Shown here piece after piece: positions 44,802-54,738 of a stretch of 64,000 bases of DNA (position 1 is its first letter; each line of letters starts with the position of its first letter). The position numbers were made by a program, and so were the translations under genes. Below the pieces are notes generated by a model. That model was given only the letters and a program-made list of their open reading frames with translations. It did not search any database and was not told the origin of the DNA. The stretch is taken from contig JAIFWV010000003.1 in the NCBI GenBank assembly GCA_019659055.1, forward strand, positions 14,706 through 78,705, read 5' to 3'. Origin of the DNA: Candidatus Doudnabacteria bacterium. Its GTDB lineage: Bacteria > Patescibacteriota > Doudnabacteria > UBA920 > O2-02-FULL-48-8.

Positions 44802-45383
44802 TTATCGCAGGCGCAATGGAGTCCGGGTTTTAGTTTTATCCAAGATCACGGCCGGGTTGTTTTCGAGGATGTTTTTGATAAACCGGTCGTTCATACTCAG
44901 CCGGTACTCATACTCGGGGCCGGTAAAAACTGAGTAGCTGATCTCCTGCTCGGCAAATTTCTCGGCCAGCTGTAAAAATTGCTCCAGTTTACGGGCAGAG
45001 ATTCGGCCGACAAACAAAATATCGGTCTCGATCCGCGGCCGGCCGGCAAAAATACCGGTAAAGACAATCAGCCGGCATTCCCCGACTTTGAGCGCGGCGC
45101 GCGCCAGCTGATCCTGAGGAATGCTTCTGTTTTTGCGAAGCATGTTCAATAATTCAGGGTAAAGTGAGAAGTGTTTGTTGACCTGGAAGTAGCGGTGCTT
45201 CTTTTTTTCTATGGAGGTTATGAATTCCATCCGAAACAGCTCTTTGAGGGTTTTTTTCAAAAACGGCGCCGAAATTCCAGTGGAGACTCTGAGTTCAGTC
45301 GGCGAAAAACTCCGCTCCGGGTGGGCCAAGAGCAGATTTATGAGTTTACTTTTGGGTTTGGATGCAAGAAGCTGGGCCAGCAT
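44802..45383 (-). CDS. Hypothetical protein with an N-terminal wHTH-like region
   Basis: 193 aa. The N-terminal 60 aa resemble a winged helix. Confidence 0.35.
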   Translation of the reverse strand: MLAQLLASKPKSKLINLLLAHPERSFSPTELRVSTGISAPFLKKTLKELFRMEFITSIEKKKHRYFQVNKHFSLYPELLNMLRKNRSIPQDQLARAALKVGECRLIVFTGIFAGRPRIETDILFVGRISARKLEQFLQLAEKFAEQEISYSVFTGPEYEYRLSMNDRFIKNILENNPAVILDKTKTRTPLRLR

Positions 45384-45495
45384 TAGTGGAGTTTAATTTA
45401 AAATTGAGGGTCGTGGGACTATTATATCACAAGACAGGGTCAGGATCCGAAAAGTCGTAAAAACTTGCGATTTATGCTATAATAAAAGCCACGTT

Positions 45496-47532
45496 ATGGC
45501 GCGGCTAGACACACAAATCAATCAAATTTACTACTTGCCTGCGGACACAAGCCAGGTCTCGCTTATTCTCATCGACGAGGTTTTAAATAACAACTCGCAC
45601 CTTTTTGTGATAGCCGATTTGGTCAAAATCCAAAAAAGGACCGAAAGTACCGACCTCAAGAGAATCTCCGAGATAATCCTGACCACTTTCCAGGAAAACA
45701 AAAAACTCACGGGCGAATCCCTGTTTGAGACGTCACTTGCGGCTATCAATCAGGAATTAGCCGACCTTGCCCACTCGGGTAAAAAATCCTGGCTCGGCAA
45801 ATTCTCAGCCTTGGTCGTACTCAAAACCTCGGACAATATTTTTCTGGCCAACACCGGGCAGATGACCGCCATGCTGTATCGCTCCGGCGAGTTTTTGGAA
45901 ATCCTCAACCCGGAAAAGCGCGGCTTGCACCCGCTTAAGACTTTTTCGAATTTCACCTCAGGCAAACTCAAAGGCGCAGACATCCTTCTGCTCACCAGTT
46001 CCAATCTTTTTAATTACGTCGCCCTGCAAAACCTCAATCGCATGATGGCGGAGTCATCGGATGCCGCCCAAGTTTCGGAAAGAGTATCCAAAATCCTCAA
46101 AGACACGGCCGGTGACCAAGAAGGCTTCGCAAGCTTCTTCGTAACCCTGTCCAAAGCTACGGCGGCCGCCACAATCCCCGCTGAAACCACAAGTCAACCT
46201 TTAACCGCACCCGAACAACCCGCGCCCGAACCCGAGCCTGTGCCTGAGGTTATGGCAAGCAAGCCCAAACCTACTCCGGAACCAATCAGAACACCGGCGT
46301 CAGAGTCTGCAGTGGAATCTATGATCTATGCCCCGGCCCCGGCCAAAGTTCCCCTAGGCGCCAAACTCAAAGCCGCACCTTCGCAAATTTTTGGCAAAAT
46401 TCCGAAATTTTCTTTGCCGAAATTCAATTTCCATATCCCGAAACTCGGGTTCTGGCAGCAGCTCTCGGCCTGGGCCAAATTTTTCCTGGTGAGCTTCCTT
46501 ATCTTCTTGATCTTGTTTGCCTCAAACATCGTCGTCTATGCTGTGCGCAAACACCGCAAGCAGACCGTAAGCCAATCCCAGCAAGTCATCAATCAGCTCG
46601 ACAAAAATTTACAGGATGCGGAATCCGCACTTATCTATCGTAACCAAGACCAAGCCCTCAAGCTTCTCACAAGCATTCAGTCGGAACTTGCAAGCCTCAA
46701 GGACGCAAGCCCCGCGGCCTACACAGAATACCAGCCCAAGGTTTCGGATCTGGCCAATCGCATCAACCACATCACTGTCGTCAACAATCCCACGACCCTG
46801 CTCACTCTCAAACATCCGGCTACGGAACTTGCCCGCGCCGGCAAAGGGTTTGTGATTGCCGATCAATCCACGGGTAACGTGACCACTTATAATACGTCAG
46901 CAAGTGATGCCTCGGGCAAGGATTTGTTCCTGCTCAATAAGATCGGAGAAATCCGCGGCCTTGTGAATGTGCCTAATACTGGCAACGTTGTTATCACCAG
47001 CTCCGAAATGTATCTCATCGATACGGCGCAGAGCCAATTCAGCCTCTTGCATGTTTACCCCAAAACCGATCTCTCCCGCCTCCGGTTCCTTTCGCCGGAT
47101 AGGCTTTATACGATTGATCGCACCGCAAACCAAATTTATCGGATTATTTTTTCTAAGCAAACTCAAAACGCGCCCGTGCCCCTGCTCAAGGCTTCCGTGG
47201 ACACAAGCAAGGTTGTGGATCTGGGAGTTGATACCGATGTCTACCTCCTCTCCGCCACGAGCCTCAAAAAATACACGACTGGCAATTTGACTTCGTTTAG
47301 CATCACTCAGCCGACTGACGAACTCACCTCTGCCAATCGCCTGTTTGTTGCCAACAATCTCTACATTCTGGAAGCGGCAAAAAAGCGCCTGCTCATATAC
47401 AACAAGCAAGGCGCCCTGGTGACGCAAATCTTTTTCCCCAACGCCACCGACATGAAAGACTTCTACGTCGATGAGCAGAGCCGCAATATCTATATCCTCG
47501 ACTCGAATAAACTATTATCAATAACTTTCTAA
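45496..47532 (+). CDS. Large bitopic membrane protein (678 aa): cytoplasmic N-terminal domain, one TM helix, extracellular C-terminal domain
   Basis: TM helix FFLVSFLIFLILFASNIVVYAV at about residue 340. The linker is Pro/Ala-rich. Confidence 0.5.
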   Translation: MARLDTQINQIYYLPADTSQVSLILIDEVLNNNSHLFVIADLVKIQKRTESTDLKRISEIILTTFQENKKLTGESLFETSLAAINQELADLAHSGKKSWLGKFSALVVLKTSDNIFLANTGQMTAMLYRSGEFLEILNPEKRGLHPLKTFSNFTSGKLKGADILLLTSSNLFNYVALQNLNRMMAESSDAAQVSERVSKILKDTAGDQEGFASFFVTLSKATAAATIPAETTSQPLTAPEQPAPEPEPVPEVMASKPKPTPEPIRTPASESAVESMIYAPAPAKVPLGAKLKAAPSQIFGKIPKFSLPKFNFHIPKLGFWQQLSAWAKFFLVSFLIFLILFASNIVVYAVRKHRKQTVSQSQQVINQLDKNLQDAESALIYRNQDQALKLLTSIQSELASLKDASPAAYTEYQPKVSDLANRINHITVVNNPTTLLTLKHPATELARAGKGFVIADQSTGNVTTYNTSASDASGKDLFLLNKIGEIRGLVNVPNTGNVVITSSEMYLIDTAQSQFSLLHVYPKTDLSRLRFLSPDRLYTIDRTANQIYRIIFSKQTQNAPVPLLKASVDTSKVVDLGVDTDVYLLSATSLKKYTTGNLTSFSITQPTDELTSANRLFVANNLYILEAAKKRLLIYNKQGALVTQIFFPNATDMKDFYVDEQSRNIYILDSNKLLSITF

Positions 47533-47576
47533 AATAAAAAAATAGAGCTGCTGCAAAGTGCAACAGCTCTTTTTTG

Positions 47577-48851
47577 TTACCCGCGGGTTTCGGTTGCTAT
47601 GACCTCGTCTGCGATATCCTCTCGATGATACTCCCCTTCGAATTTGATCAAGCTGACCGCTTTCATCGCGACATTCTTCGCGGTGTAATAGTCCGGGGCT
47701 GTTCCCACGACGGTAAGCACTCGTCCTCCTGAAGTGACCACCTGTCCGTCAACGAGTTTGGTTCCTGCATGGAAAACGTGAGCGTAATCGTTGGGACCAA
47801 CATGTTCTGGTCCAAGATCGAGACCAATGATGGCCCGCCCAGTAATCGGCTTATCCGGATACCCCTCGGACGCCATGACAATTCCTACAGCGACCTCCGG
47901 TTTGAACTTGGCCTCGAACATTCGCAGGAACCCGAACTTTGTAGTCGCTTGCAATAGAGGAAGCAACTCACAGTCAAGTAGCGGCATTAGCAACTGCGTC
48001 TCGGGATCCCCGAACCTGCAGTTGATCTCGATGACCACAGGACCACGCTTCGTGATCATCAGCTGGAAGTACATGACGCCCTTGTAAGGGCATCCGCAGT
48101 TTGCCAGCGCCTTGATCGTCGGACGGACGATCGTCTCCTCGATCTGTGTCTTCAGCTCTGCCGTCAGGATCGGGTGCGGCGAAAATCCGCCCATACCACC
48201 CGTGTTCGGACCGCCCGAGTGGAGAGGCTTGTAATCCTGCGCCGAACCGCCGAAGAGGAAGTCGTCGCCGTCAGTGAGTACGAAGAACGACAGTTCTGGT
48301 CCTTCTTCCATTTCCTGAACCAAATACTGATCGTCCTCGAGCCTTTCGAGTCTGGCCAGCGCACCTGGTAGATCGGATGCCATCCGAATTACTTCCGCAC
48401 CCTTACCAGCCGCAAGGCCGCTCTTTTTGATCACAATACGGCCATGGGTCCCTTGCACCTCCTCTCGCATTGACGCGAAGCTTGCGAAGTATGAAGTGAA
48501 CGGAATGGAAACGCGCGCGTCTTCCAGCAACCCACAGCACCAGTACTTACTTGTTTCGATCCGTGATGCCGCTTTCGTGGGGCCGAAGATGGCCAAATTG
48601 AGGCCGTTAAAAGTATCCACGATGCCGTCGCCCAGCGGTGCTTCGGGTCCCACGACTACGAAATCGATTGCATTGTCTTTGACGTACCGGACCACCGAGA
48701 GGTGATTCTTCGCGTCGAGAGCAACACACCTGGCGAACAGCGCCATCCCCGGATTACCCGGTGCTGCGTGGATCTCGTGACCTTCCTGGTGCAACTTCCA
48801 TGCGATCGCATGTTCGCGACCGCCGCCGCCAATAATCAGTACTCGCTGCAT
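47577..48851 (-). CDS. purD: Phosphoribosylamine--glycine ligase
   Basis: MQRVLIIGGGGREHAIAWKL with an ATP-grasp core. Confidence 0.9.
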   Translation of the reverse strand: MQRVLIIGGGGREHAIAWKLHQEGHEIHAAPGNPGMALFARCVALDAKNHLSVVRYVKDNAIDFVVVGPEAPLGDGIVDTFNGLNLAIFGPTKAASRIETSKYWCCGLLEDARVSIPFTSYFASFASMREEVQGTHGRIVIKKSGLAAGKGAEVIRMASDLPGALARLERLEDDQYLVQEMEEGPELSFFVLTDGDDFLFGGSAQDYKPLHSGGPNTGGMGGFSPHPILTAELKTQIEETIVRPTIKALANCGCPYKGVMYFQLMITKRGPVVIEINCRFGDPETQLLMPLLDCELLPLLQATTKFGFLRMFEAKFKPEVAVGIVMASEGYPDKPITGRAIIGLDLGPEHVGPNDYAHVFHAGTKLVDGQVVTSGGRVLTVVGTAPDYYTAKNVAMKAVSLIKFEGEYHREDIADEVIATETRG

Positions 48852-48863
48852 GTGATTCGCTCC

Positions 48864-49598
48864 TTAGCCGTTCGGCCATTCTTGGATTGCGGCGTCTTTC
48901 GCCTGTTGAAGGATTGACTCCTCACCCGAAAGGACGAGGTCGTCGTTGAAGGTCAGCTCGGTCGCACGGTTTTGTGAAATGTCATCGAGCGCTTCGATCT
49001 GGACATCGTGCTCAATTGGCAGGACTCGTTCCTGCAATGCAGTAGTATCGTCTTCTGATCGGATTTCAATCCGTCTCATCTTGATAACCGAACCTTCATC
49101 GAATGCCGTTGCCACTCTCTGGCAAACAGCTTCAGTCCAGAAGTTACGGTTCGTCGCTCGAACGAAGTTGAGCCTCGCTGCATGAACTCGACGGCCATAC
49201 ATACCTTTGCCGCCGAAGTCCCTATGATCTGGTCGCAACGGTCCCGGATGTTGGTTGCTCATCATATTGCGATAAGCCTCCACCAATACCGCGGGAGTAA
49301 GTGGCAGCCATCCCAACTGCGCGACAAAATCAACTCCACGAGTGCGGAACTCACGCAGTAACGCTTCTCCGAAATGGTCTGATGACTCGTAACTCTTTGG
49401 CTTGTGAACCAGGACGTCAGAGGATGCAACACCCTCAGCGAGGGCTTTTGTAATGCCCCCAGCTTCAGGCTTACTCGCGACCACACAGACGATCTCGGCA
49501 TAGTTGAGCACTCCAGACTTGCACGCCTGGATGACGCGTTGCATCGTAGTGCCGCCACCCGAAATCAGTGCGGCTATTCGTAACTTGTTTTCTCTCAC
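48864..49598 (-). CDS. purN: Phosphoribosylglycinamide formyltransferase
   Basis: RIAALISGGGTTMQ, NQHP and a conserved Asp, with a C-terminal extension. Confidence 0.7.
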   Translation of the reverse strand: MRENKLRIAALISGGGTTMQRVIQACKSGVLNYAEIVCVVASKPEAGGITKALAEGVASSDVLVHKPKSYESSDHFGEALLREFRTRGVDFVAQLGWLPLTPAVLVEAYRNMMSNQHPGPLRPDHRDFGGKGMYGRRVHAARLNFVRATNRNFWTEAVCQRVATAFDEGSVIKMRRIEIRSEDDTTALQERVLPIEHDVQIEALDDISQNRATELTFNDDLVLSGEESILQQAKDAAIQEWPNG

Positions 49599-49709
49599 AC
49601 ATCCTCCCTTTACCTATTTTATAAGAACATAAGCACTATGATATAGAAATTAAGAATAGCTGTCCAGCAAGAAAAAACGCCGGCGTTTGCCAGCGTTTTG
49701 TATTCATAA

Positions 49710-51410
49710 TTATTTGGTTTGAGTGGTGGTGAAGGACCGGAAGTTTACCAGATCAGGATTTATGGTATTGAGCAGTAAATATGCCCCAAACAATAGCGCT
49801 AGCCCGATCAAAGACGAAGTGATATAAGTTTTCCCACGCGAAGCACGCTCAGCATTACCGGCCGCAGTGAGAGTGATGTACCCGCCGACCACGATCATAA
49901 GCAATGCCAGGAGTGCGCCCAATGCCAGCGACCAAATATAGATTTGGTTGACCGCAATCGAAAGTGAGCCGAGGTTAATCGCCGCAGGCGCCGGAGGAGG
50001 TGTCGGAGTGGGCGCAGGTGCGGGATTTGGACCTGAAACCCCGGTCGGGCTAAAGAACGTCGTCCCGGCAACGGTTGTATAATTCCTGCTAGCAAAAGTT
50101 GCGGACCCATACGGAGTTACCGTTTGAGCAATATTGAAACTTCCGGGTGCTGCCTGAGCGAGATTTATTCCCAAAAATCGATTGAACCAACTATTGTAAG
50201 CAACAGTTACATCCAAAGCAAGATTACTCCAGTATACCGCCCCGCTTGCGTCGAGTTCTGTGCTCCAGGCGCGGCCGTCCCAATCGCCGCTTGCGACAAA
50301 GAACGTTTGAGTCCACCGGTTGTACTCGATGCTTGTAGCGGCGTAGCCTTCTGAATAAGGCTCCGTGCCCGCCGTGATTATGGGATAAACATCAGACATA
50401 GAACCATCGTCGCTTACAGTGCGGCCCCACATGCCGGCGATACCTTCGCGGCCTCGCTCGAGCCACATGGTAACTGCGGCGCCATCTTCGGGCGAATAGG
50501 CCACATGCCCATTTTGCACGGCTAAGCGGCCGGGCCTGGTCTCGCTCAATTGGACTGGACTGCCGACCACGGCCAAAGTTTGGGCATTGACCTTAGACAG
50601 ATAAATGCGATCATCTTCGCTTCCCGTATCATCTCCGGTATAGACTGTGGCATATACAAACCAGTATTCATTGGTATGAGTATTGGCCGCAACCTCAAGT
50701 TGTCCTTGATAATGAAAAGAGCCAATGACTCGGTGCGCTTCGGAAAGTTTGCCGTCTAAGGCTACAGTTTTGAAATTCACAGCATTACCCCGCTCAAAGC
50801 CGATTACAAAACGCTTATTGGTGGTATCGTAGTCAATGTCAGACGATCCCGCTCCAGATTGGATAAAAAAGTCGCGACCCTCAGGGGCTCCACTGCCCGA
50901 GACAAACCGGCCGTAAATATTGAGACAGTTACCGCAGCCGCCGTAGTCGCCCCAAACGACCAAAAATTTATCGGAATCTGGGCTATAAGCAATGTGGGGA
51001 TTGCCGCTGCCGCCATTGGAATCAATCCGAAACGCCGTGCCTTTTATGGCCAGGGTCTTCGGATCCGCCATCATGCCGTATGTCGGGCGGAAGTCGTCTC
51101 GGACAATATGGCTTTCGATGATGAGGACCTCATCGCTCTTGGGTGAATACCCGGCGGCGACTCCGCCAATGCCACTATATGGAAAAGTGGCTGGATCAGC
51201 CGGATCGGTGCCTGGATCATAGGTTTTTTGCTCGGGGTGGCTTTGGTAGTAGTCGATACAGTCCAAGACCGCCTCGGTCGCCTCCGGCCACGGATCGCAA
51301 TCAGCAGCAGTAACAGCCAAGGCCTTCTGCTGGGGCATAAAAACAAAAGCAAACCCAAAAATGAGGGCTGCTATTTTTTTCTTCATCGAGTAATTAGTGA
51401 TATTCATCAA
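49710..51410 (-). CDS. Cell-surface protein (566 aa) with signal peptide, Gly/Ser/Trp-rich repeat region and two C-terminal TM helices
   Basis: Signal peptide, PAPAPTPTPPPAP linker, and the C-terminus LALGALLALLMIVVGGYI...SLIGLALLFGAYLLL. Confidence 0.5.
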   Translation of the reverse strand: MMNITNYSMKKKIAALIFGFAFVFMPQQKALAVTAADCDPWPEATEAVLDCIDYYQSHPEQKTYDPGTDPADPATFPYSGIGGVAAGYSPKSDEVLIIESHIVRDDFRPTYGMMADPKTLAIKGTAFRIDSNGGSGNPHIAYSPDSDKFLVVWGDYGGCGNCLNIYGRFVSGSGAPEGRDFFIQSGAGSSDIDYDTTNKRFVIGFERGNAVNFKTVALDGKLSEAHRVIGSFHYQGQLEVAANTHTNEYWFVYATVYTGDDTGSEDDRIYLSKVNAQTLAVVGSPVQLSETRPGRLAVQNGHVAYSPEDGAAVTMWLERGREGIAGMWGRTVSDDGSMSDVYPIITAGTEPYSEGYAATSIEYNRWTQTFFVASGDWDGRAWSTELDASGAVYWSNLALDVTVAYNSWFNRFLGINLAQAAPGSFNIAQTVTPYGSATFASRNYTTVAGTTFFSPTGVSGPNPAPAPTPTPPPAPAAINLGSLSIAVNQIYIWSLALGALLALLMIVVGGYITLTAAGNAERASRGKTYITSSLIGLALLFGAYLLLNTINPDLVNFRSFTTTQTK

Positions 51411-52020
51411 TGCATGGACCGAGGTAGCGGTTTACTTCGGCATTATATATGGCGACACAATAAATCTGGCCAGTTTGGTTGTCACGGAGATCCACCCAAG
51501 GCATGCCATGATCGTTGACTGCAGGATGGCTGGCTTGGATGATAGGGTGGGCTGTAACTTCGCGATGACTTGGCACGATGTCCATCACCGGCTCCTCTTG
51601 CATAAAGTTAGGCAAGATTAGCGGCTGCACCTCGATCGTTTGTGTTTCCACCGTCTCAATTCCCAAAACCTGAGGCGCGGCTTGCCGCTCTCGGTTGTCG
51701 AGTGACGTAGTAATCTTATTATAAACATCGGCAATGATTATGTTAAGATCGTTCTGGCTTGCGGAAGGTGTCGTGAGTGCAATGAAAGCATCGGCTGATC
51801 GCATATAAAACTCATACACAGACGAGACTACCAATTTGGTGCTGTCCACCATGAGTGGCTCATCGCCGAAGACCTGGTGACTTGCGACCGCAAATTGTTG
51901 TCTGACCTCGTGCTGGAATGCTGCGACCTCTGCCCTTTGTGTCGGCTGAATCACAAAAAACGCCGATCCTAGAACGACAGCGCTTAGCGTGTAAAATAAT
52001 TTTTCAGCAAACCAGTACAT
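51394..52020 (-). CDS. Membrane-anchored hypothetical protein, paralog 1 of 3
   Basis: N-terminal TM helix. Shares a (V/N)-E-F-Y-x-x-A motif with the next two genes. Confidence 0.45.
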   Translation of the reverse strand: MYWFAEKLFYTLSAVVLGSAFFVIQPTQRAEVAAFQHEVRQQFAVASHQVFGDEPLMVDSTKLVVSSVYEFYMRSADAFIALTTPSASQNDLNIIIADVYNKITTSLDNRERQAAPQVLGIETVETQTIEVQPLILPNFMQEEPVMDIVPSHREVTAHPIIQASHPAVNDHGMPWVDLRDNQTGQIYCVAIYNAEVNRYLGPCIDEYH

Positions 52021-52051
52021 AGTTTAAAAACTAATTTTCAGTTTTCAATTT

Positions 52052-52519
52052 TTAACGTGAGATTGAAGCGCCCGCAACTTGCGGCCCCCAAGAATCCGTG
52101 TAGTTGGATACGTCCAAAAGCCCGGCTAGTTTTTGCGACGAGAGTTTATAAAAATCATTCACGCCGTAGACAAAGGCAAAAGTATTTTCTGTCTGCGCTG
52201 ACGCATCCAAAAGTTGTGCAGCGCTGATGGCCGCTTGATTATAAAACTCATTGACGGCAGACACAGTCTGCACTGTGGGCTGTGAGACGAAGGCGACATC
52301 CGATGCCATTGCCGAAACTCCGCTTGAGACATCGAGGATCGCAAGTCCTCCCTTCCAGTCGGCAGCAGTGGCGTTCAACATCAGCGCGCTCTCACCTGTG
52401 ATCAATAAGGCGATTGCAATCACCAAAGCGTGCACCGAATAATGCTTTGGCTTGCGGCTACGAACCTTGCGTGAGATTTGCGATTTTTGTTTTGTTTTTG
52501 TTTTTGATGTCTTCTTCAT
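52052..52519 (-). CDS. Membrane-anchored hypothetical protein, paralog 2 of 3
   Basis: Lys-rich N-terminus, TM helix, and VNEFYNQAAISAAQL. Confidence 0.45.
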   Translation of the reverse strand: MKKTSKTKTKQKSQISRKVRSRKPKHYSVHALVIAIALLITGESALMLNATAADWKGGLAILDVSSGVSAMASDVAFVSQPTVQTVSAVNEFYNQAAISAAQLLDASAQTENTFAFVYGVNDFYKLSSQKLAGLLDVSNYTDSWGPQVAGASISR

Positions 52520-52524
52520 GGCGT

Positions 52525-53034
52525 TTAATTATTTATTAATTGTTTGACCACGCTCGGCGCGTGGTAATAATATTGTTTATAAATTTTATAGGTCTGGCGC
52601 GCTGCGGCTTGATCGCGGCTTTCAAACGCCGCGTCTTTATCAAAAAATGCGCCCAAGATTTGTCCGGTTTTGGACTCTTGGTCAACATTGTTGACTCGGT
52701 AGCCGTAAGCGACACTTTGCGAATAAGTATCCAAAGAGTTTGCAAATTTGAGTACTGGCACGCCAACCTGATCGGGGTAGCTAAAGACCTGAGTGAAAGC
52801 CAAATCGAATTGATTGTAGAAGTCCTCCCCTACCATATATGCGAATTGAACTTTGTCCGTGACTTTGGCCACATGTTCATGCATATCAAACATACCGAAC
52901 GCGTCTGAGACCGCCGTCTTCTGGTGAGTTGGGAGGGTGATGTAGATTTCGAAGCCGATGAGCACGAGACCGATCGTCGCAATAAAAATAGCGCACGCTT
53001 CGAAAGCCGTTAGGTTGTTGTAATTCGTTTTCAC
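52525..53034 (-). CDS. Membrane-anchored hypothetical protein, paralog 3 of 3
   Basis: TM helix and GEDFYNQFDLAFTQV. Confidence 0.45.
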   Translation of the reverse strand: MKTNYNNLTAFEACAIFIATIGLVLIGFEIYITLPTHQKTAVSDAFGMFDMHEHVAKVTDKVQFAYMVGEDFYNQFDLAFTQVFSYPDQVGVPVLKFANSLDTYSQSVAYGYRVNNVDQESKTGQILGAFFDKDAAFESRDQAAARQTYKIYKQYYYHAPSVVKQLINN

Positions 53035-53133
53035 TTTAAAACCTTATGAATTTTGTTTTTGTTTCTGAGTAGATTTGCAATTCCTGCACTATTTTTGGAG
53101 CAGAAATTACTTTATCTATATATATTATAGCAT

Positions 53134-53160
53134 AAAAAAAGCCTCTTGTCTAGAGGCTTT
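53134..53160 (-). terminator. Intrinsic terminator after rplL
   Basis: Stem AAAGCCTCT/AGAGGCTTT with U7 on the minus-strand RNA. Confidence 0.75.
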
Positions 53161-53188
53161 AAAAAATTCACTAATTAGAGTATAGAAT

Positions 53189-53563
53189 TTATTTAAGAGT
53201 AACTTTGGCACCGGCTTCTTCGAGTTTCTTCTTGAGTTCCTCGGCTTCAGCCTTGCCGATGTTTTCTTTGATTGCTTTCGGCGCGGCGTCAACCAAATCC
53301 TTGGCTTCCTTAAGGCCTTTGCCTGTAGCTTCGCGAACGACTTTGATGACGTTGATCTTGTTGGCACCAGCATCGGCGAGCTCAACTGTAAATTCAGTCT
53401 TCTCTTCTGCGGGCGTCGCTGTACCTGCGGCCGGACCTGCGGCCATCATCATAGGAGCGGAGGCGGAAACACCGAACTTATCTTCCAAAGTTTTCACGAG
53501 TTCGGAAAGTTCCAAGACGGAAAGCTTTTCGATTTCGGAAACTATACTATCAAAATTTGCCAT
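53189..53563 (-). CDS. rplL: 50S ribosomal protein L7/L12
   Basis: [32 protein letters not shown] with a C-terminal domain [12 protein letters not shown]. Confidence 0.95.
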   Translation of the reverse strand: MANFDSIVSEIEKLSVLELSELVKTLEDKFGVSASAPMMMAAGPAAGTATPAEEKTEFTVELADAGANKINVIKVVREATGKGLKEAKDLVDAAPKAIKENIGKAEAEELKKKLEEAGAKVTLK

Positions 53564-53634
53564 ATATAATCCTTCCTGCCCGCCAGAGCTTTAAGCGAAG
53601 GCGGGTCTTAGTTTAAGCTTATTCGACCTAAAGA

Positions 53635-54156
53635 TTAAGCTTTCTTTTCTTTAATTGCGTTTAAGACGTTAAGAAGATTTCTAGTGTTACCAGAAAGCAC
53701 AGTTACCAATCCGCGGATCGGACCGGCAATCACACCCACGAGTTGAGCGCGGAGCTGATCCTTGCCCGGCAGTGCGGCCAGCCGACTTACGACATCAGCG
53801 GCAACGAGATTGTTGTTGAACACTCCCCCGTTGAGGATGAGCTTGGGCTGATCTTTGGATGCCAGTTTGAGGATGCGAGCGGGAGCAGTTTCTTCCTCAT
53901 TGGAGATGGCGACAGCGAGCGGACCGTTGTAGTTAAATGCGTCTGTGGAAATTCCGAGGGAGGCCAATGCTTTCTTGAGCAGAGTAATTTTTACAACTTG
54001 ATACTTTACATTTTCTTTGCGCAAATTTTTGCGCAGGGCATCAATCTCTTTGACGCTCATGCCACGGTACTCGGCAAAGACCACGCCGCGCGCGGCTCTG
54101 AGATCTTCCGTGATTTGAGAAAGCGTTGCTTCCTTTTCTTTTCTAGTTACTGCCAT
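53635..54156 (-). CDS. rplJ: 50S ribosomal protein L10
   Basis: GGAGAATTATTTATG at 54156 (MAVTRKEKEA...). The ORF-track start at 54213 lies inside the upstream terminator. Confidence 0.9.
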   Translation of the reverse strand: MAVTRKEKEATLSQITEDLRAARGVVFAEYRGMSVKEIDALRKNLRKENVKYQVVKITLLKKALASLGISTDAFNYNGPLAVAISNEEETAPARILKLASKDQPKLILNGGVFNNNLVAADVVSRLAALPGKDQLRAQLVGVIAGPIRGLVTVLSGNTRNLLNVLNAIKEKKA

Positions 54157-54171
54157 AAATAATTCTCCGAA

Positions 54172-54199
54172 ATTATAAAATAAAAAATCCGCGTTCCAA
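54172..54199 (-). promoter_or_regulatory. Candidate rplJL promoter (TTGGAA, 16 nt, TATAAT) overlapping the upstream terminator hairpin
   Basis: The minus strand reads TTGGAAcgcggattttttatttTATAAT, with the RBS about 12 nt downstream. Confidence 0.45.
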
Positions 54200-54210
54200 A
54201 GACGCGGGTT
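54186..54210 (-). terminator. Intrinsic terminator/attenuator immediately upstream of rplJ
   Basis: Stem CCCGCG/CGCGG(A) followed by AUUUUUUAUUUU on the minus-strand RNA. Confidence 0.5.
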
Positions 54211-54340
54211 CAAGTCATCTAGATTCTATGTTCTAGATTCTACTTATTCCTGCTTAGCTGATTAAGGCTTGCGCCGGCTAAGGTCTTTGGAGTTCCTACA
54301 TAGTATAGACAAATTTCCCTCCCGCGTCAAGACCCTAGGG

Positions 54341-54380
54341 CTAGGAAAAAGAATGTCCCTAAGATTCTCATCTTAGGGAC
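54341..54380 (-). terminator. Intrinsic terminator of the 95-aa ORF
   Basis: Perfect 10-bp stem GTCCCTAAGA/TCTTAGGGAC followed by AUUCUUUUUCC on the minus-strand RNA. Confidence 0.6.
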
Positions 54381-54655
54381 TTAGGTACCAAAAACCGGCG
54401 GGTGGGAGCGGCAGGCCGATCGGAAAGCAGAACTTCATGTTTGTAGTCCCGAACGCACGTGGTATCGGGAGCCGCGGATTGGAGAGAGAGAACGAAGAAC
54501 GTTCGAAACTTGTACGTCTGAGGAAAACCTTTTTGCGGCGTAATCTCTGCGGCGAAGTGTTCGCGACAGACAACTGCGGAAATGAGGCCAGTGATGACCT
54601 GGATCTTCTCAGGCAAGTTTGCGAGATCAACCCCGATTGCGGTCGGTGGAAACAT
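54368..54655 (-). CDS. Hypothetical small protein (95 aa)
   Basis: Strong AAGGAGGATCGATG at 54655 and its own terminator. Composition is unusual (Pro/Arg-rich tail). Confidence 0.35.
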   Translation of the reverse strand: MFPPTAIGVDLANLPEKIQVITGLISAVVCREHFAAEITPQKGFPQTYKFRTFFVLSLQSAAPDTTCVRDYKHEVLLSDRPAAPTRRFLVPKSLR

Positions 54656-54738
54656 CGATCCTCCTTAAAGATATTTTAACACATAAATAAATTACCAAAA
54701 AAAGAGAGTCTAAGGCAAGCCATAGACTCTCACTCTCT

